Origin: Nemertoderma westbladi
Lineage: Eukaryota > Animalia > Xenacoelomorpha
Length of the DNA: 64,000 bases
Assembly: GCA_032718475.1 (NCBI GenBank)
Contig: JAUCBJ010006829.1
Location: 12,688-76,687, forward strand
Reading direction: 5' to 3'
The notes below the pieces were generated by a model, which was given only the letters and a program-made list of their open reading frames with translations, made no database searches and was not told the DNA's origin. Position 1 is the first letter of the stretch, and each line of letters starts with the position of its first letter. The position numbers and the translations under genes were made by a program. Of this stretch, positions 52,230-64,000 are shown in pieces.

Positions 52230-53486
52230 AAATGTGCGGAATATACGCACACCAAATATATAAGTGCTGACTGTATCCATCAGTCAGCCTTCAGTCGAAC
52301 ATAATGCTGACTGCATCCGGCAGTCAGCTAAAGCAACAAGGAAAAAGGGTCAGCTGTCAGACAATACTAAAATATAATAATCTGCTGATCTGCTTGCTGG
52401 CTTGTCTCTCAAATAATAATCATCTGTCAGCACTGTACCGGTAGTAAACCTTCACCAAAAGAAGTATACAGTATAAAATAGTATAAATCTACTGTAATAA
52501 CTTTATTACATCCAAGGAGACACACTTGCACCATTCTTGTTCATTATTGTGGTTGACTATGTTCTACGCATGTCCTTAGATCATCATAATGATGATGGGG
52601 TGATGATAACTCCACCTACTGGCTCCAGAAGTCGAGGAAATCCTGCCAAGTACCTAACTGATCTAGACTTTGCTGATGACTTAGGAGTACTCTCAGAATC
52701 ATTAGAGGGAGCCCAGCGGCTCCTCAGCTCATTAGAACATGCTGCTTCTAGTGTTGGTCTTTTTATTAACTCCAGAAAGACCAAAATTCTGACAGTTAAC
52801 TTTGAAAGTCCTCAGCAAGTCTCTGATTGGATGAGCATAAGCTCAAAGGATGGTATGCTTGAGCATGTGGACGACTTCTGTTACCTGGGATCATGGATCC
52901 GGAAGTCAGGTGAGGACCTTCGAATACGTAAGGGAAAGGCATGGGCAGCCTTGAATAGGCTTTCCAGGATTTGGAAGTCACCTAGAATTAATCGGAAACT
53001 TAAGGTCCGATTATTTAGAGCAGCAGTAGTTCCAGTACTCCTCTACGGGAGTCCATGCTGGGCTCTAACTGCTGAGGACACCAAATCTCTAGATGGCACA
53101 TTCACAAGAATGCTACGCCGGGTACATTGTGTCAAGTACAATGCACACATCTCCAACCAGACACTATATAACATTGGAGGTGTCTCATTGGTTCCCCCAA
53201 GCTTGACACTAGAACAAAATCGCCTCCGCTTTGCAGGACATTGCTTTCACCGTGAGGACCAGCCAGTGCATAATCTTGTACTTTGGCAGCCTCATGGAGT
53301 GAATAAGCATGGTGGACAGCCCATGACTTTCTTGAGACGCATCTTAAAGCCATACACTGGCCTTAAAGATGCGGATGATCTAGCAAATGTCATGGGTGAT
53401 AGGGAGTTGTGGCGGTGCAATTTTGTTGACAAGCCGGCACAGCATTCTTAAAAATGCAGCTGCAATGCAGCATGCCGATCCTAGTA

Positions 53487-56400
53487 ATCCTTGCTATGTA
53501 CGACACATAGCCCCTCTTTGTGTGGATATCTGCGCCCTCCTGACTCAACTGGTATTTCAGTTCATCCGTCTCTCTGTCCCACACGATTCCCAGTGCCTTC
53601 TGTTGAGACTCTATTCTCTTGTTCGCCATGTCTTGTCCCTTGGCTGTTGTGGGATTATCCATGGTCGATCCTGGTCTCTCGTCTTTTATCGCCTCGATAA
53701 ATTCCTTCGAACTGGAATGGAATTTGGTCCGGTTGAAGCCGGATCCCTTAAGGATGTCGCGAACCTCGCGCCCTGTGTCCAGTAGCTCCTCAACCGTATT
53801 TCCAGACTCCATCCCGTCGTCTACGTAGAAGCCGCGTCGAATCATATCGACGGCTATAGTGCTGTACTTATCTTCCTTTCCCTTTACTGTGTCTCTTATG
53901 GCCATTGTCGTCGTGAAAGAAGACGACTTGGCTCCCATATTCTGTACTATCATCTTGTACGTCGGTATAATCGACGGTTCTTCATCGCCGTTGTACCATA
54001 AGAAGCGTTGGCTATCTCTACCTTCTTCCGTTACACGGACTTGGTTGAACATGCCTTCTATATCACAGGTGAAGGCGTGTTTCCCATTCCTGAATCTAAG
54101 TAGGACCTCGATCCCCGAGTTGTATATGTTGGGACCCTCTAGCAGATAGTCGTTTAGGCATTTTCCATTGGTCTTTGCCGACGCATCCACTACCATCCGC
54201 AGTTTACCTTTCTTTGGATCTAAAGCCGCGTGGAGTGGCAGGTAATATGTCCTGTCCGTGTTTGGTTCGTCGACCGGTAGCTCCACGGCCCATCCTTTCT
54301 CAACGTACTTCTTAATCGTTCTGTGGATGTACTCATTCTTTTCGGGGCTCCGTTTTAACGTCTGTTTCAACTTACGAAGCCTCGTGAGTACCATCGCTTT
54401 ATTATCGGGCAATGGTAGCTTTGGTAGCTTCCATGCCATTCCTATGGTATACCGCCCCTCATCGCATCTCATAGATTCCTCTAAGCTCTGCTGAGCCTGT
54501 TTGTCTTCCACCGAGGTTCCGACCCTGGTTTCCTTTAGTCCCTCAAAATCTTGCCTGAGCAGTCTTTTGAGCTGTTCCTCCGCTCTCTCATCCCCTATTT
54601 CTTGCATAGTTCCTGCGAACATGCATCCTGATGTCTCCGACATCCTAAATGGTATCTTACTCTTAATTGGGCCACTCAGCGTCCACCCGAACGGCGTCAA
54701 TATCGCCACCGGATCACACTGCTTGTCTTCGCCGAAGACCGTTTGCATTCTTTCGTGGGCCGTCGGGCAGTCCATTCCCACTATGATGGATACCTTCCTG
54801 ACGTCCACCTCTGGGATTGAGAAGTCGATATCGTCCAGGAATTTATATTGCTCGACCTCGATGTTGGTTGGTCGCCTGGCATTGATATTTATTGACTCTA
54901 TCACTTGGATGGGGTCGATGGTCGCCCCGTAGTCGCATCCCGGTGCCACTGCTGCAATTGCGCACCGTCCAGTCCTCATCTCCAGGACCTCATCTTTGCT
55001 AGAGATTGTTGTTACTGCCATTCTACTTGGCCTCGTTCTCAATCCTATCTCTTCGGCCATCCAATTTTCAACTAATGTGAAGGCAGCTCCACTATCGACC
55101 AGCATCAATGTGGTCACTGATCGATTGTCTTCCCCAATCACTCGCACTGGTACTACCCCAAGTAGCACTGTTCCTCTCTTCTTCGCCCCTACTGTGCTCG
55201 TTGCCATCGTTTGGCCTTTGCTTTGACCGAACTTAATCGGCGTCTCCTCGCATTGTCTAGCTCTATGTCCACCCATTACACATCGCGAGCAGATCTCGTT
55301 TTTCGCCGCGTACTCTACCTGATCTTCCCTGGGTAGCGCTTGCCAGTAGCTACAGTTCATGGTTCGATGATGCGCATTTGTATGTAGTTGGCATTTGCTC
55401 TTCGGGTCGTAGCCGTCCTTGTACAGTGCATCGCGTATCGCAGCTGCACCTGTACCAAAGTCCCTACTATTCTTATTGTTTGGGTTCGGCCTACTGGACG
55501 TACTGGGGTTATATTTATTTGTGTTGTTATCCCTCCCCTGTCCGCTCCATGATGTGGTCTTACCCCCGGCTACCTGTGGACTCGCAGTCCCCTGCGTCGC
55601 TGCATATGGCAATGATTGCCTGAGCTTTGGTAATGCGTTTGACGTGTTGTGTTCTGGTTTCGGTCTGTGGTACTCGGTTCTTGGTCCCTTTCCCAGGCTG
55701 TCCTCACTATAGACTGGGTCGGTTATTAATTCGGCTTCGTAGTTTAAGAAGCTCGACATTTCTTCTAAACCTGGTTCCGCACCCTTCCTATCTCGAGTGG
55801 AGAAAGCGATCTTCCTCCACTTGTTGCGCAGCCACATCGGTAGTGCCTGCGCTATCATGGTGATGTTGTTGGACGCGTTGAGTTCGTATGGCGCGTCTAG
55901 CGTCTTTAGCACGATTAGCGCCTTCTCAACTTTGTTAGCGAATGTCTTTATGCTAACGGGATTATCCTGTAGGCCACCCGATGTTATGCCCCTCAGGGTT
56001 TGCCGGATGATCTTGGCCGGGTGCCCATATTCCCTGTCCAGTGCCCGCCATGCCGCCATGAAGCCACCCTCTATGCCCTGGTATTGCCTCACGATGTCGT
56101 ATGCTGGGCCTCCTGTTATACTTGCAGATATTTTAGGCACTCCGCCTGCGTCAAGTTCTTTGTCAGTATTTCGTTACTATACATGCGCCGAAACTGTAGG
56201 TATTCTTCCGGCCTGCTCCCATCGAATTTGAATGGTTCCACGGGTGGTAGCTCGATCCTAGTTTTTAACGCATCTATTAACGTGGCCATTCCCATCGCCT
56301 GCGCTTCCAATGGGTTCGATGGATGTTGTATAGTTTCTCCTGTTAGGTGCGGTCCGTCCGTCCTATTTCCTGCCTTCCTCTGGCTTGGGTATATCATTGG

Positions 56401-59400
56401 GGGTAGTGGCCCCCTCCATATTTCTGTGTCGCATGACCTATTTCCATCCAAGGGGTTCGTTGTTCTTGCTCCTATTGGGGTATATTGTTGATATTGTGAT
56501 GGGGGAATGTCACCCTGTCCCCCCCCCCCCACCGGTATGTTTGGTACTGGGGTTGATGTTAATATATTGGGGCCCATGCACCTATCTGCAATAATTCCCC
56601 CCTCCCCTGGGTATATGTTATGTCCTTGCATGCTGTAGTCATACTGCTGTACTGGTACCGGTATAGGCCTATCAGCTTCTGGCCTACCTGCCGGTATGTA
56701 CTCCGCGACTTCCGGGTTTAATCCCGTCGACCGCGCTATCCTATCGCCTACATTATTCCTGTCAGCATGGCCTATAGTATGTGCAGTAAGGCCTACAGTA
56801 CGTCCTACAGTCTGTATGTGTCGCTCGGGATCGAAGTTTATTCTTCTCGAATAATCCTCCCCGCGGCTACCGTATTCTCGATCGGTAGGTATTTCCCGTC
56901 GGAAAGTTTCTCTTCGACCCCCTCTACTACTCTCGCTCTCGTGCCGGTACATCCCGTACCCCTCTCTCTGCGCGCAATACGCCTCGTCAGGTCGCGTTCC
57001 TCCGGGGCGACGGCAATCTCCCGAGGTTCGACCCTGCTGACTCTCCATCTCCATCTCTACTACCGACGGCTCGCTATCCGTTCTCGCTCTCCTGTCGTTC
57101 GCGGCGACACTTCTTCTATTCTCTTCCCTTCTTTTCTCCGTAGTGCAGTATTCCCGCTCGTGAGATCTCTCGTCGACCTCCCGGTTAAACTCCACTGTTC
57201 TTCTTCCCTCTTCTGATGGGGCTCGACGCTTCGTCCGCCCTCTCGCGACGTCAACCTGCCTCTCTCTGCTCGATCGCACGCCGCTGGGGACACTCGCAAT
57301 CCCCCCACTACTCTCCGTCGCCGGGTGTTGCGGTTTACCTGATTCGGCCCGCGCATTATCCGCCGACGCCTGTGGGACACTCTCTGCCCCCCCCTCTCGC
57401 CACTAACTTCTCGCTGTGGGGCTCCTGTAGCCCCCCCCCCGCTCGCCACTAACTTCTCGTTGCGGGGCTCCTGTAGCCCCCCCCCACTTGCCACATATCA
57501 CGCCGCTACCTCTTACTTCACTTCTACACCCCTCTCCAGTCGACACAATGTTTCCACTGCGGCTAGGTCTATTCACCCCCGCTTCTCTCTCTACTGCCAC
57601 CTGGCCTACCAGGCCCCCCTCGGGTTGACTCAACCCCGCCACTCCCTGCCTACTAACTACGTGGCCTACCAGGCCGCCGTCGGGTCGACTCAACCCCGGC
57701 ACCCCTCTGCCTACCAACTACGTGGCCTACCAGGCCGCCGTCTGTCGGGTTATACACGTCCGACGCGTTCACGTTAATAGCACCCATATTAGAAACGGAA
57801 TTATTTTGTTCGTTCGAAATAAAATCATTTGAATTATTTTGCGCGACTACACTATTTGAATTATTTTGTAAATTCGGGTTTGGATCATTATTTAAATTAT
57901 TTGAGTTATTATTATTTTCTAAATTTAAATTACTATTCGGGTTATTTTGCACGTTTAAATTGAAATTATTATTTAGATTGTTTGTACTTAAATTTAAATT
58001 ACTACTACTAGGTAAAGTATTTCCTGCAATAAAGGCTTGGTTAGGATTATCCAATACGGTACTATTAATATTAACGTCGTCTACTGTAGTATTATTATTA
58101 CCCCCCCCCCCCCGCCCGTACGGTCACACCAGTTTCGGGTCTGTCGTGCGGTCCCTGTAAGTGGGGTATTAATAAATGTATCCACGGCCCTTGGCTCCTC
58201 GAAAACATTCGAGTCAGCCCCGCTCTCTGACACCCCTATCCGCGCCAGTTCCAGTTCGCGCGTGTGTCTACTTTCGTACTCTATAAGCTCGCTTAGGCGT
58301 CTTTCCAATTCTTTTCGCTCACGCTCCTCTCTTGCCATTCTCTCCTGACCCTCCCGTGCGTTCTGGTCGGCCAATTCCGCCTCTCTCCTAGCTCCCTCCC
58401 TTCGTCTCGCCTCACGCTCTTTGCGTTCACTTTCCTCCCTCGCCTCACGCTCTTTGCGTTCACTTTTCTCCCTCGCCTCACGTTCCTTGCGTTCCGCCTC
58501 ACGCTCTTTGCATTCATTTTCCTCTCTCGCCTCACGCTCCTTGCATTCACTCTGCTCTCTCGCCTCACGCTCTTCTTGTTCCTTCCTCCCTATTTCCTCA
58601 CACTCCCTAAAGCTTTTCGCGGCCCTTTCGGCCCTCTCTCCGGTTTCTCTAAGCAGTTTCATTTCCTTCTCTAGTAGCATTCTCCCCTCCTCTAACCGTC
58701 TCTTTACTTCTCTCTGACCTTGCGCTATCAGATCGAGATGGTACGTCGCATTTATCTCTTTCACCCGTCTTTCTTTTACAGAGGATGTAGCAGACTTGTC
58801 GGTTGTGACGGATTCCCTCCGCCTTCCCGATCTACTAACTTTCCCCCTCCTCCCAGAACTTCCTCCGACCGACGAGACCGAATCCTCGGGGTTAACCTTG
58901 GGTTCGCCCTCCTCATGTCTTCTCCAACCCACTAATTTTATTCCCCGGGCATCGACTAAGTATGGCCCTATGTACACTACGCTAGGTTGCATACCCTTAC
59001 ACCGCCATAAGTCACACAGTTCCTCGGCAACCCCTCTCGCTCTCTCCTTGGCCAGTTCTCTCTGCCCGAAGCGCATTAGATAACTAAAATGTTTATCCGA
59101 CTCACCTAGTCCTGTTGTCAACTTTACCTCGTCTATCCTCGCCCCCTCCTTGGCCTCCTTAAGTAGCTTCCGGGTCGCGTTGTAGGCCCGTTGAAGTTGA
59201 TCAGAAACCCCGACGTCCTCGTCGCCGACCTCTCCTCCATCTCTCCGGGTCCGACGTCGTACCGGCGGCCCCACTGTCGCCGTTCCGGTGGGCCGTCCGT
59301 CGCCCTCGGCCTGTGTCTGGCCGGCGACATCGGTACGTCGACTCCCGCTCCGTGTTGACTCGTCCTCTTCCTCTCCCATCTCGCTTTCTCTTTCTCTCGA

Positions 59401-59574
59401 CTCGACTCCCCCTCCTCTCGACTCGACCTCTGGTTCCAGACGGCCCCCCTCATCCTGAACTGCCGGATGGTCCATTACCGATCGGTCCGGCGTCGTGGGC
59501 CTATACCGTCTGGTCGCGGCCTTGCGGATCGTTAGGTCTTCGTCCGGGGTCCGCGTTGGCGTTATGTCGCTCAT
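53487..59574 (-). pseudogene. gag-pol: Element B Gag-PR-RT 5' part, frameshifted (some breaks at poly-C tracts)
   Basis: ORFs 58081-59574 (E/R coiled coil), 57653-58054 (Asn-rich), 56116-57279 (FKFDGSRPEEY), 53390-56140 (Cys/His knuckles, LVDSGA protease, DIEGMFNQ, FYVDD). Confidence 0.9.
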
Positions 59575-60210
59575 CTTATCTTTGCTTTAGATCGGTGGCT
59601 GGTAGATTTTAGTTCTAATACTGTGACGGGATCCTAGGAGGATCCCGGTTTATCCGGTTGTTGTAATTACGCGTCCCCGCTGTGTGTATGTGAAAAGATC
59701 GTTTTGAGAGTCCTGATGTTATTAATTCTCCGATATATGTATGATATAAACGTCAAATGGATATAGTGTATAGAATGAGATAACTGATTAATTTACGGTA
59801 TGTACTGAATACTAATAATGGCAGTAGACGGGGACGGTATTAGAAGTCACCGCTCTACCCTAGCTAACCGACTAACAGAATGAAATAACTAACTACAATA
59901 ACATGATGACAGGTAATATATATTGCACGGTTTGGCCGTTGTTACAGTACCTAGCCGGTGCCTTCCCCCCATTGGCTAATAACCTTGTTGGCGCCCTTTG
60001 GAGTGTTTCCCCTCACTCCTTCTATTCTCTCTCTGTCAGGGGTATGGCCCCTGACCCCTATTGTGTGTTTCTCCTTCCCACTTTGTTGGGGTGGCACGAG
60101 GTTGGGTAATCAACCTCGTGGCCCCCAATATTGCTTAACGGCTTACTTTGTGGGGTGTTAGCGGAATTGGATAAGCTAACAATGACTGTGTTTTGACGAA
60201 CAGCACTTCA

Positions 60211-60720
60211 ATGTATGGTAGCGTGTCTTCTCATTGTGGATCCATCCTAACACCACCATGTAAACCGTTCAATAGTGGTTCTCAACTATGCTCAGTATAG
60301 CATCTTCTAAAGCACCTTCCATTGGGTCTCACTCCTTATCGTCGCCGAATATGGTCTGTATCCTTTCATGGGCTGTTGGGCAATACATCCCAACTATCAG
60401 GGATACTTTCGGCACGTTGAGGTTAGGTGTCGAAAAGTCGATTGAGTCTAAATGCCAGTACTGTTCGACCTCGATCTATGTCAGTCACCTGGCATTAATA
60501 TTGATGGACTCGGTAATTTGTATGGGCTCTTTGGTTGCCCCGTAGTTGCAGCCAGGCGCTACGGACCCTATCCGACACCTTCCTGTTATCATAGGAATGA
60601 TTTCATCCTTGGCAGATATGGTGGTGTCTGCCATTGTACTCGAATTCGTCTTAGTTTTAGCCTCTTCACTCTAGCTTTCCATCAGTGTGAATGCTGCTCC
60701 TCTGTCAATTAACATCAGAA
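60211..60720 (-). pseudogene. BEL/Pao relic E, protease/RNase H pieces with internal deletion
   Basis: MVVLGWIHNEKTRYH (cf. B MVVLGWLHNEKTRYP) and MLIDRGAAF (cf. B MLVDSGAAF). Confidence 0.75.
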
Positions 60721-61004
60721 AACAATAAAATAGGACATGGGGTCTTATTCCCTCAGATACTACCTAGCATTTAGGGCCACTTGGGCCACTGTTAGTACTC
60801 AGGCACTAAGGCCCATCAAAAAACAAAATACCAAATCGATTTTAGTGCTACATAAACCAACCCAACTACCACAAGAAAAATTACACCAAACCATACAGTA
60901 ACTACAGGTTCCGGTAAGTATTGCACGAAATAGGCTATCCCATAAATTAAGAAAAATATAGGAAATAGAATATAAGTAAAATATATATAGGAAATAAAAT
61001 ATAT

Positions 61005-61212
61005 ATTAGAAATCCTACCGTACCACCGAACAGAGTTTAAAACCACCCACCCCCAATGTATGTTACCATCAGCCCCAAATGCATAAACATGATTTCCCAC
61101 TGAATGCAACCAACCCCAATTAGCATCTACCGGTATGTACATACATGATGGTAACATACATTGGGGGTGGGTGGTTTTAAACCCTGTTCGGTGGTACGGT
61201 AGGATTTCTAAT
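61005..61212. mobile_element. 208-bp MITE with ~67-bp TIRs
   Basis: 61005-61071 is the reverse complement of 61146-61212 with one mismatch. Confidence 0.9.
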
Positions 61213-61291
61213 TTATTGGTCATTGTCTTAATTTAGTGGTGCAGTTTTGTTAGGGTAAGGGTGGGGTTCGTGGCACACTGCTGATGAGGAG

Positions 61292-64000
61292 TGTAAAAGC
61301 CTTTGCTGAATTGCCCCGTTATTTTTATTATCTTTTACATTAAAATACTCTGTAGTTGATTTAATAAGTGTAAGAGACCGTATTATTGCTGTATCGGTGT
61401 TTTTAGAGGATCTAAGACCTATTTCCTCCGTATGTGTACTGTGAAAGGCATATTTTATGATTCTATGGCAATTCGTGACGCAAAGGGGTGATAGCTACTC
61501 TTGAACAGTAGTTACTATGACTACGGTTAACAGCTGACATTCATACGTGTTGATTTCCTTTGTTCTACGGCGTCTCTCAGTTCAGTCAGCCAATTAGAGC
61601 GTTTTTGTGGCTCCTTGTACAGAAAATTTCCGAGAAATGACGCAATGCCTATGTGCAGTGTTTACATTCAGTCCTGAGCCAAAGAAAGAACGGCTTGGAA
61701 GTATTTTGTGCTTTACTGTTTTAGCCGTACACTAGTAGGCTTAATCATAAGGACATATATCCGTTATCTAACTTGACTAACCTAACTCAATGCATACTGC
61801 AGTACTGCATACACTGCATACTGTGTAACACTGTGCATACTTTATATTGTTATACTGCTATTTGCTGTCTGTACTTCATAATTTGGTTGATGAATTATTA
61901 TATTTGGAATAACGATAAATAACCCCGAAAACCCAATATTCTTGATATACTGAAGGTAAGAGAGAAAGGTTATACATAACGATTGTGACTTATGTTAAAG
62001 TGGTTTGAAGTGAATCTAATGTTATTTGATAGCCCCTACATGAGTCAGTCCGTGTTCCTTTTATATGTAACTAAAATCAGTGAAGATCGGCAGATCAGTG
62101 TGCAGTATTGTGCAGCATTGTGTGCGGGTGATACTGATAACGAAGCATTTCCTAAAGAATGCGCCATATATGTGAATTATAACTAAGCCATATCGTTGTG
62201 ATTAGTTTAAGTCATAACTCTGTTTATATAGATAGAGCGCCACGTCCTAAAGGAACTGTTAATATTCCCCGAAAGTGAATAATATTGTCAGAGATTATAT
62301 AATACTGTCAGTCGAATAATACATTAAGCTTACATAGCAATAAAATTAAGCCGTCGAACCCAATCTCCCGGGAATTATCCAGCGGGTGAATGATCGCGCA
62401 CAGATTGGTTTCGACTAGTGTAGTGAATCAAATATTTGTCATCGGCTAAAGTGATTTATTATCTAACAGACATCCTAATTTGGCGGGTTAAACTGCCAAA
62501 GGTCTGAAAGCGCGAACAATAACGGATATAGCTTCTTTATTGCAGTAAGCAATAAAGTCGAAAGTACCGGTCGACCGGTAACCAGTAGGCCTGACTGCCT
62601 GATCATCCGGACCGGTACCTACAGCAGTATTATTCGATTTTGATAATTATATACCGGTAGGCCTTAATAATTAATCAGGGAGGGCCCGCCCTGGTTTTTT
62701 ATTGAGATTTTTACTTATTTCTGTCAAGTTTTATTTATTTGTAGGCCAGTATTGAACAGAAGGCGTGTAAGCCTGATCAGATTGTACAGACTATTTGTAG
62801 GCTGAGCTGTTGTCTGATTGCTGTTAAGTCTGAACGGATTACAGTATGTGTAGAGCACTTGTCCGATTAAGTATGGTTAGGAAGTAGGGGCAGCCAATGC
62901 GGTAAGGTAAACCCCCAACTAAAGAATAAGTCGCACTACTGGGTTAGAGCGCATACTCCCTAATCATTTCGGAGTCTGCATGTCCTGTAGTTTATTTAGG
63001 CTTGAGAGTAGTCTGCCATCGTTTAGTCTGTACTTTGTTTGTGTAAGTCTGTACGGGTAGCGTATAATTTTATTTAAATAATTTGTAGGCTGGATAGTTG
63101 TCTGGCTGTTATTAAGTCTGAACGGATTGCCGCGTGTGTAGATCATCTGTCCGATTAAGTACGATTAGGCAGTAGGGGCAGCGAACGCTGTAAGGTAAAC
63201 CCCCGACTAAAGAATAAGTCGCACTACTGGGTTAGAGCGCATACTCCCTAATCATTTCGGAGTCTGCATATACCGTAGTTTGTTTAGGCTTGATAGTAGT
63301 CTGTCAGTGTTCGGTCTGTATTTTGTTTGAGTAGTTTGTACGCGTAGCGTAATATTTATTATTCAGAGTTTATGCGATTATTCGCAACATTCAATTCCCC
63401 AAGTTTGTTCCTACAGTAATTGTGTTTGTTATACATACCGCTATAGTTAAATTAACCCCGGTACTACACAGGCTGCTCGGCGTAGGTAAAGACTGGTGAT
63501 TTTGTGCATCGGTCACTCCAGCAGATGCCGTGGTTCTTTTAGCTGTTCAAGTATATTTAACTACTGATTATCTGTTGTACAAGTACTCATACCTAATTTA
63601 GGGTTTAGTGTACAGTGCTTTCCGAAAATAATTAGCGTAGGCATTATATTTGTGTTGTAAAGTGGTTGATAGGCACATTCGATTAGCTCTATTAACTTCT
63701 AGGTAGGAACACTCCGTGATACATAACGTAGAACCTATAGCGATACGGCTATAGGTCGTCAGGCGGTGGTATTTTTCTATCTAGACAACGCAGTGTATTT
63801 ACTACTACTTATTATTTCAAATACCGTATTACCCTGTCCGTTGTAATAACCAGTTTCTAACCCTTTGTTAGGCTGGTTTGTAGACTTCTTGTAAAATTAC
63901 CCTAAAAATTCGTATTTTGTGTTTTTTGTAAATTTTTGTGTTTATTTAGAGATTGTAATCTCGCCCGAATTGTACGTAATTTGTAGTATTTTTTTTTTTT
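61292..64000 (+). mobile_element. BEL/Pao element D (sister subfamily of A): 5' LTR 61292-62518 plus leader, running off the window
   Basis: TGTAAAAGC...GCGCGAACA LTR homologous to A, followed by a leader collinear with A 27087-28580; predicted TSD AGGAG. Confidence 0.92.

Larger units (their letters stand above)
45817..52510 (-). mobile_element. BEL/Pao LTR retrotransposon C, very young
   Basis: 278-bp LTRs 52233-52510 and 45817-46094 appear identical; TSD TCCAA (45812-45816, 52511-52515); PPT GGGCGGGAGAA. Confidence 0.98.
44282..53486 (+). mobile_element. 5'-truncated RTE-like (RTE-X type) LINE inserted in element B RT, itself interrupted by element C
   Basis: TSD ATCCTTGCT (44273-44281, 53487-53495); APE C-terminus KLWTH...QIDHIL; RT NQNGFRKGR, DFFKAFDSV, GVLQ|GDTLAPFLF split at the C insertion, DFADD, YLGS; 35-nt 3' UTR with no poly(A). 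Confidence 0.92.
39761..60181 (-). mobile_element. BEL/Pao LTR retrotransposon B, interrupted by an RTE-like LINE
   Basis: 560-bp LTRs 59622-60181 (5') and 39761-40320 (3'), about 6 differences; TSD ATGAC (39756-39760, 60182-60186); PPT (CTCCCCCCCA on +) at 40321. Confidence 0.97.

Noticed and set aside
60816-61223. Hydrophobic 135-aa ORF as a candidate GPCR TM1-3 exon
   Set aside because: Half is MITE sequence, it ends in a stop, and it lacks GPCR motifs and a phase-2 donor after a D/E-R codon.

Overview
AT-rich eukaryotic (animal-like) genomic window, almost all repeat- or TE-derived. The only host gene I can support is the 3' half of a minus-strand class-A (rhodopsin-like) GPCR, reassembled from three phase-compatible exons (24483-24589, 23155-23349, 9698-9987; one GC-AG intron). 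Its introns hold 13-bp and 65-bp satellites, three CRE-like (restriction-like endonuclease) non-LTR retrotransposon ends inserted in the 13-bp satellite, and a foldback MITE. From about 25.3 kb on there is a nested stack: four BEL/Pao LTR elements (A 25902-38574, B 39761-60181, C 45817-52510, D from 61292), an RTE-like LINE, a LINE 3' fragment and an old BEL relic, with TSDs readable for A, B, C and the RTE-like LINE. Best candidate for a novel system: elements A, D and B lack a tRNA primer-binding site. Instead, the bases right after the 5' LTR are the exact reverse complement of a segment inside their own LTR (12/12 nt in A and D with a compensatory substitution; 9 nt in B), and covarying RNA helices lie in U5 and the leader. 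This suggests Tf1-style self-primed reverse transcription in BEL/Pao elements, while element C has an ordinary TGG tRNA PBS. All calls come from manual reading; no database searches were run.
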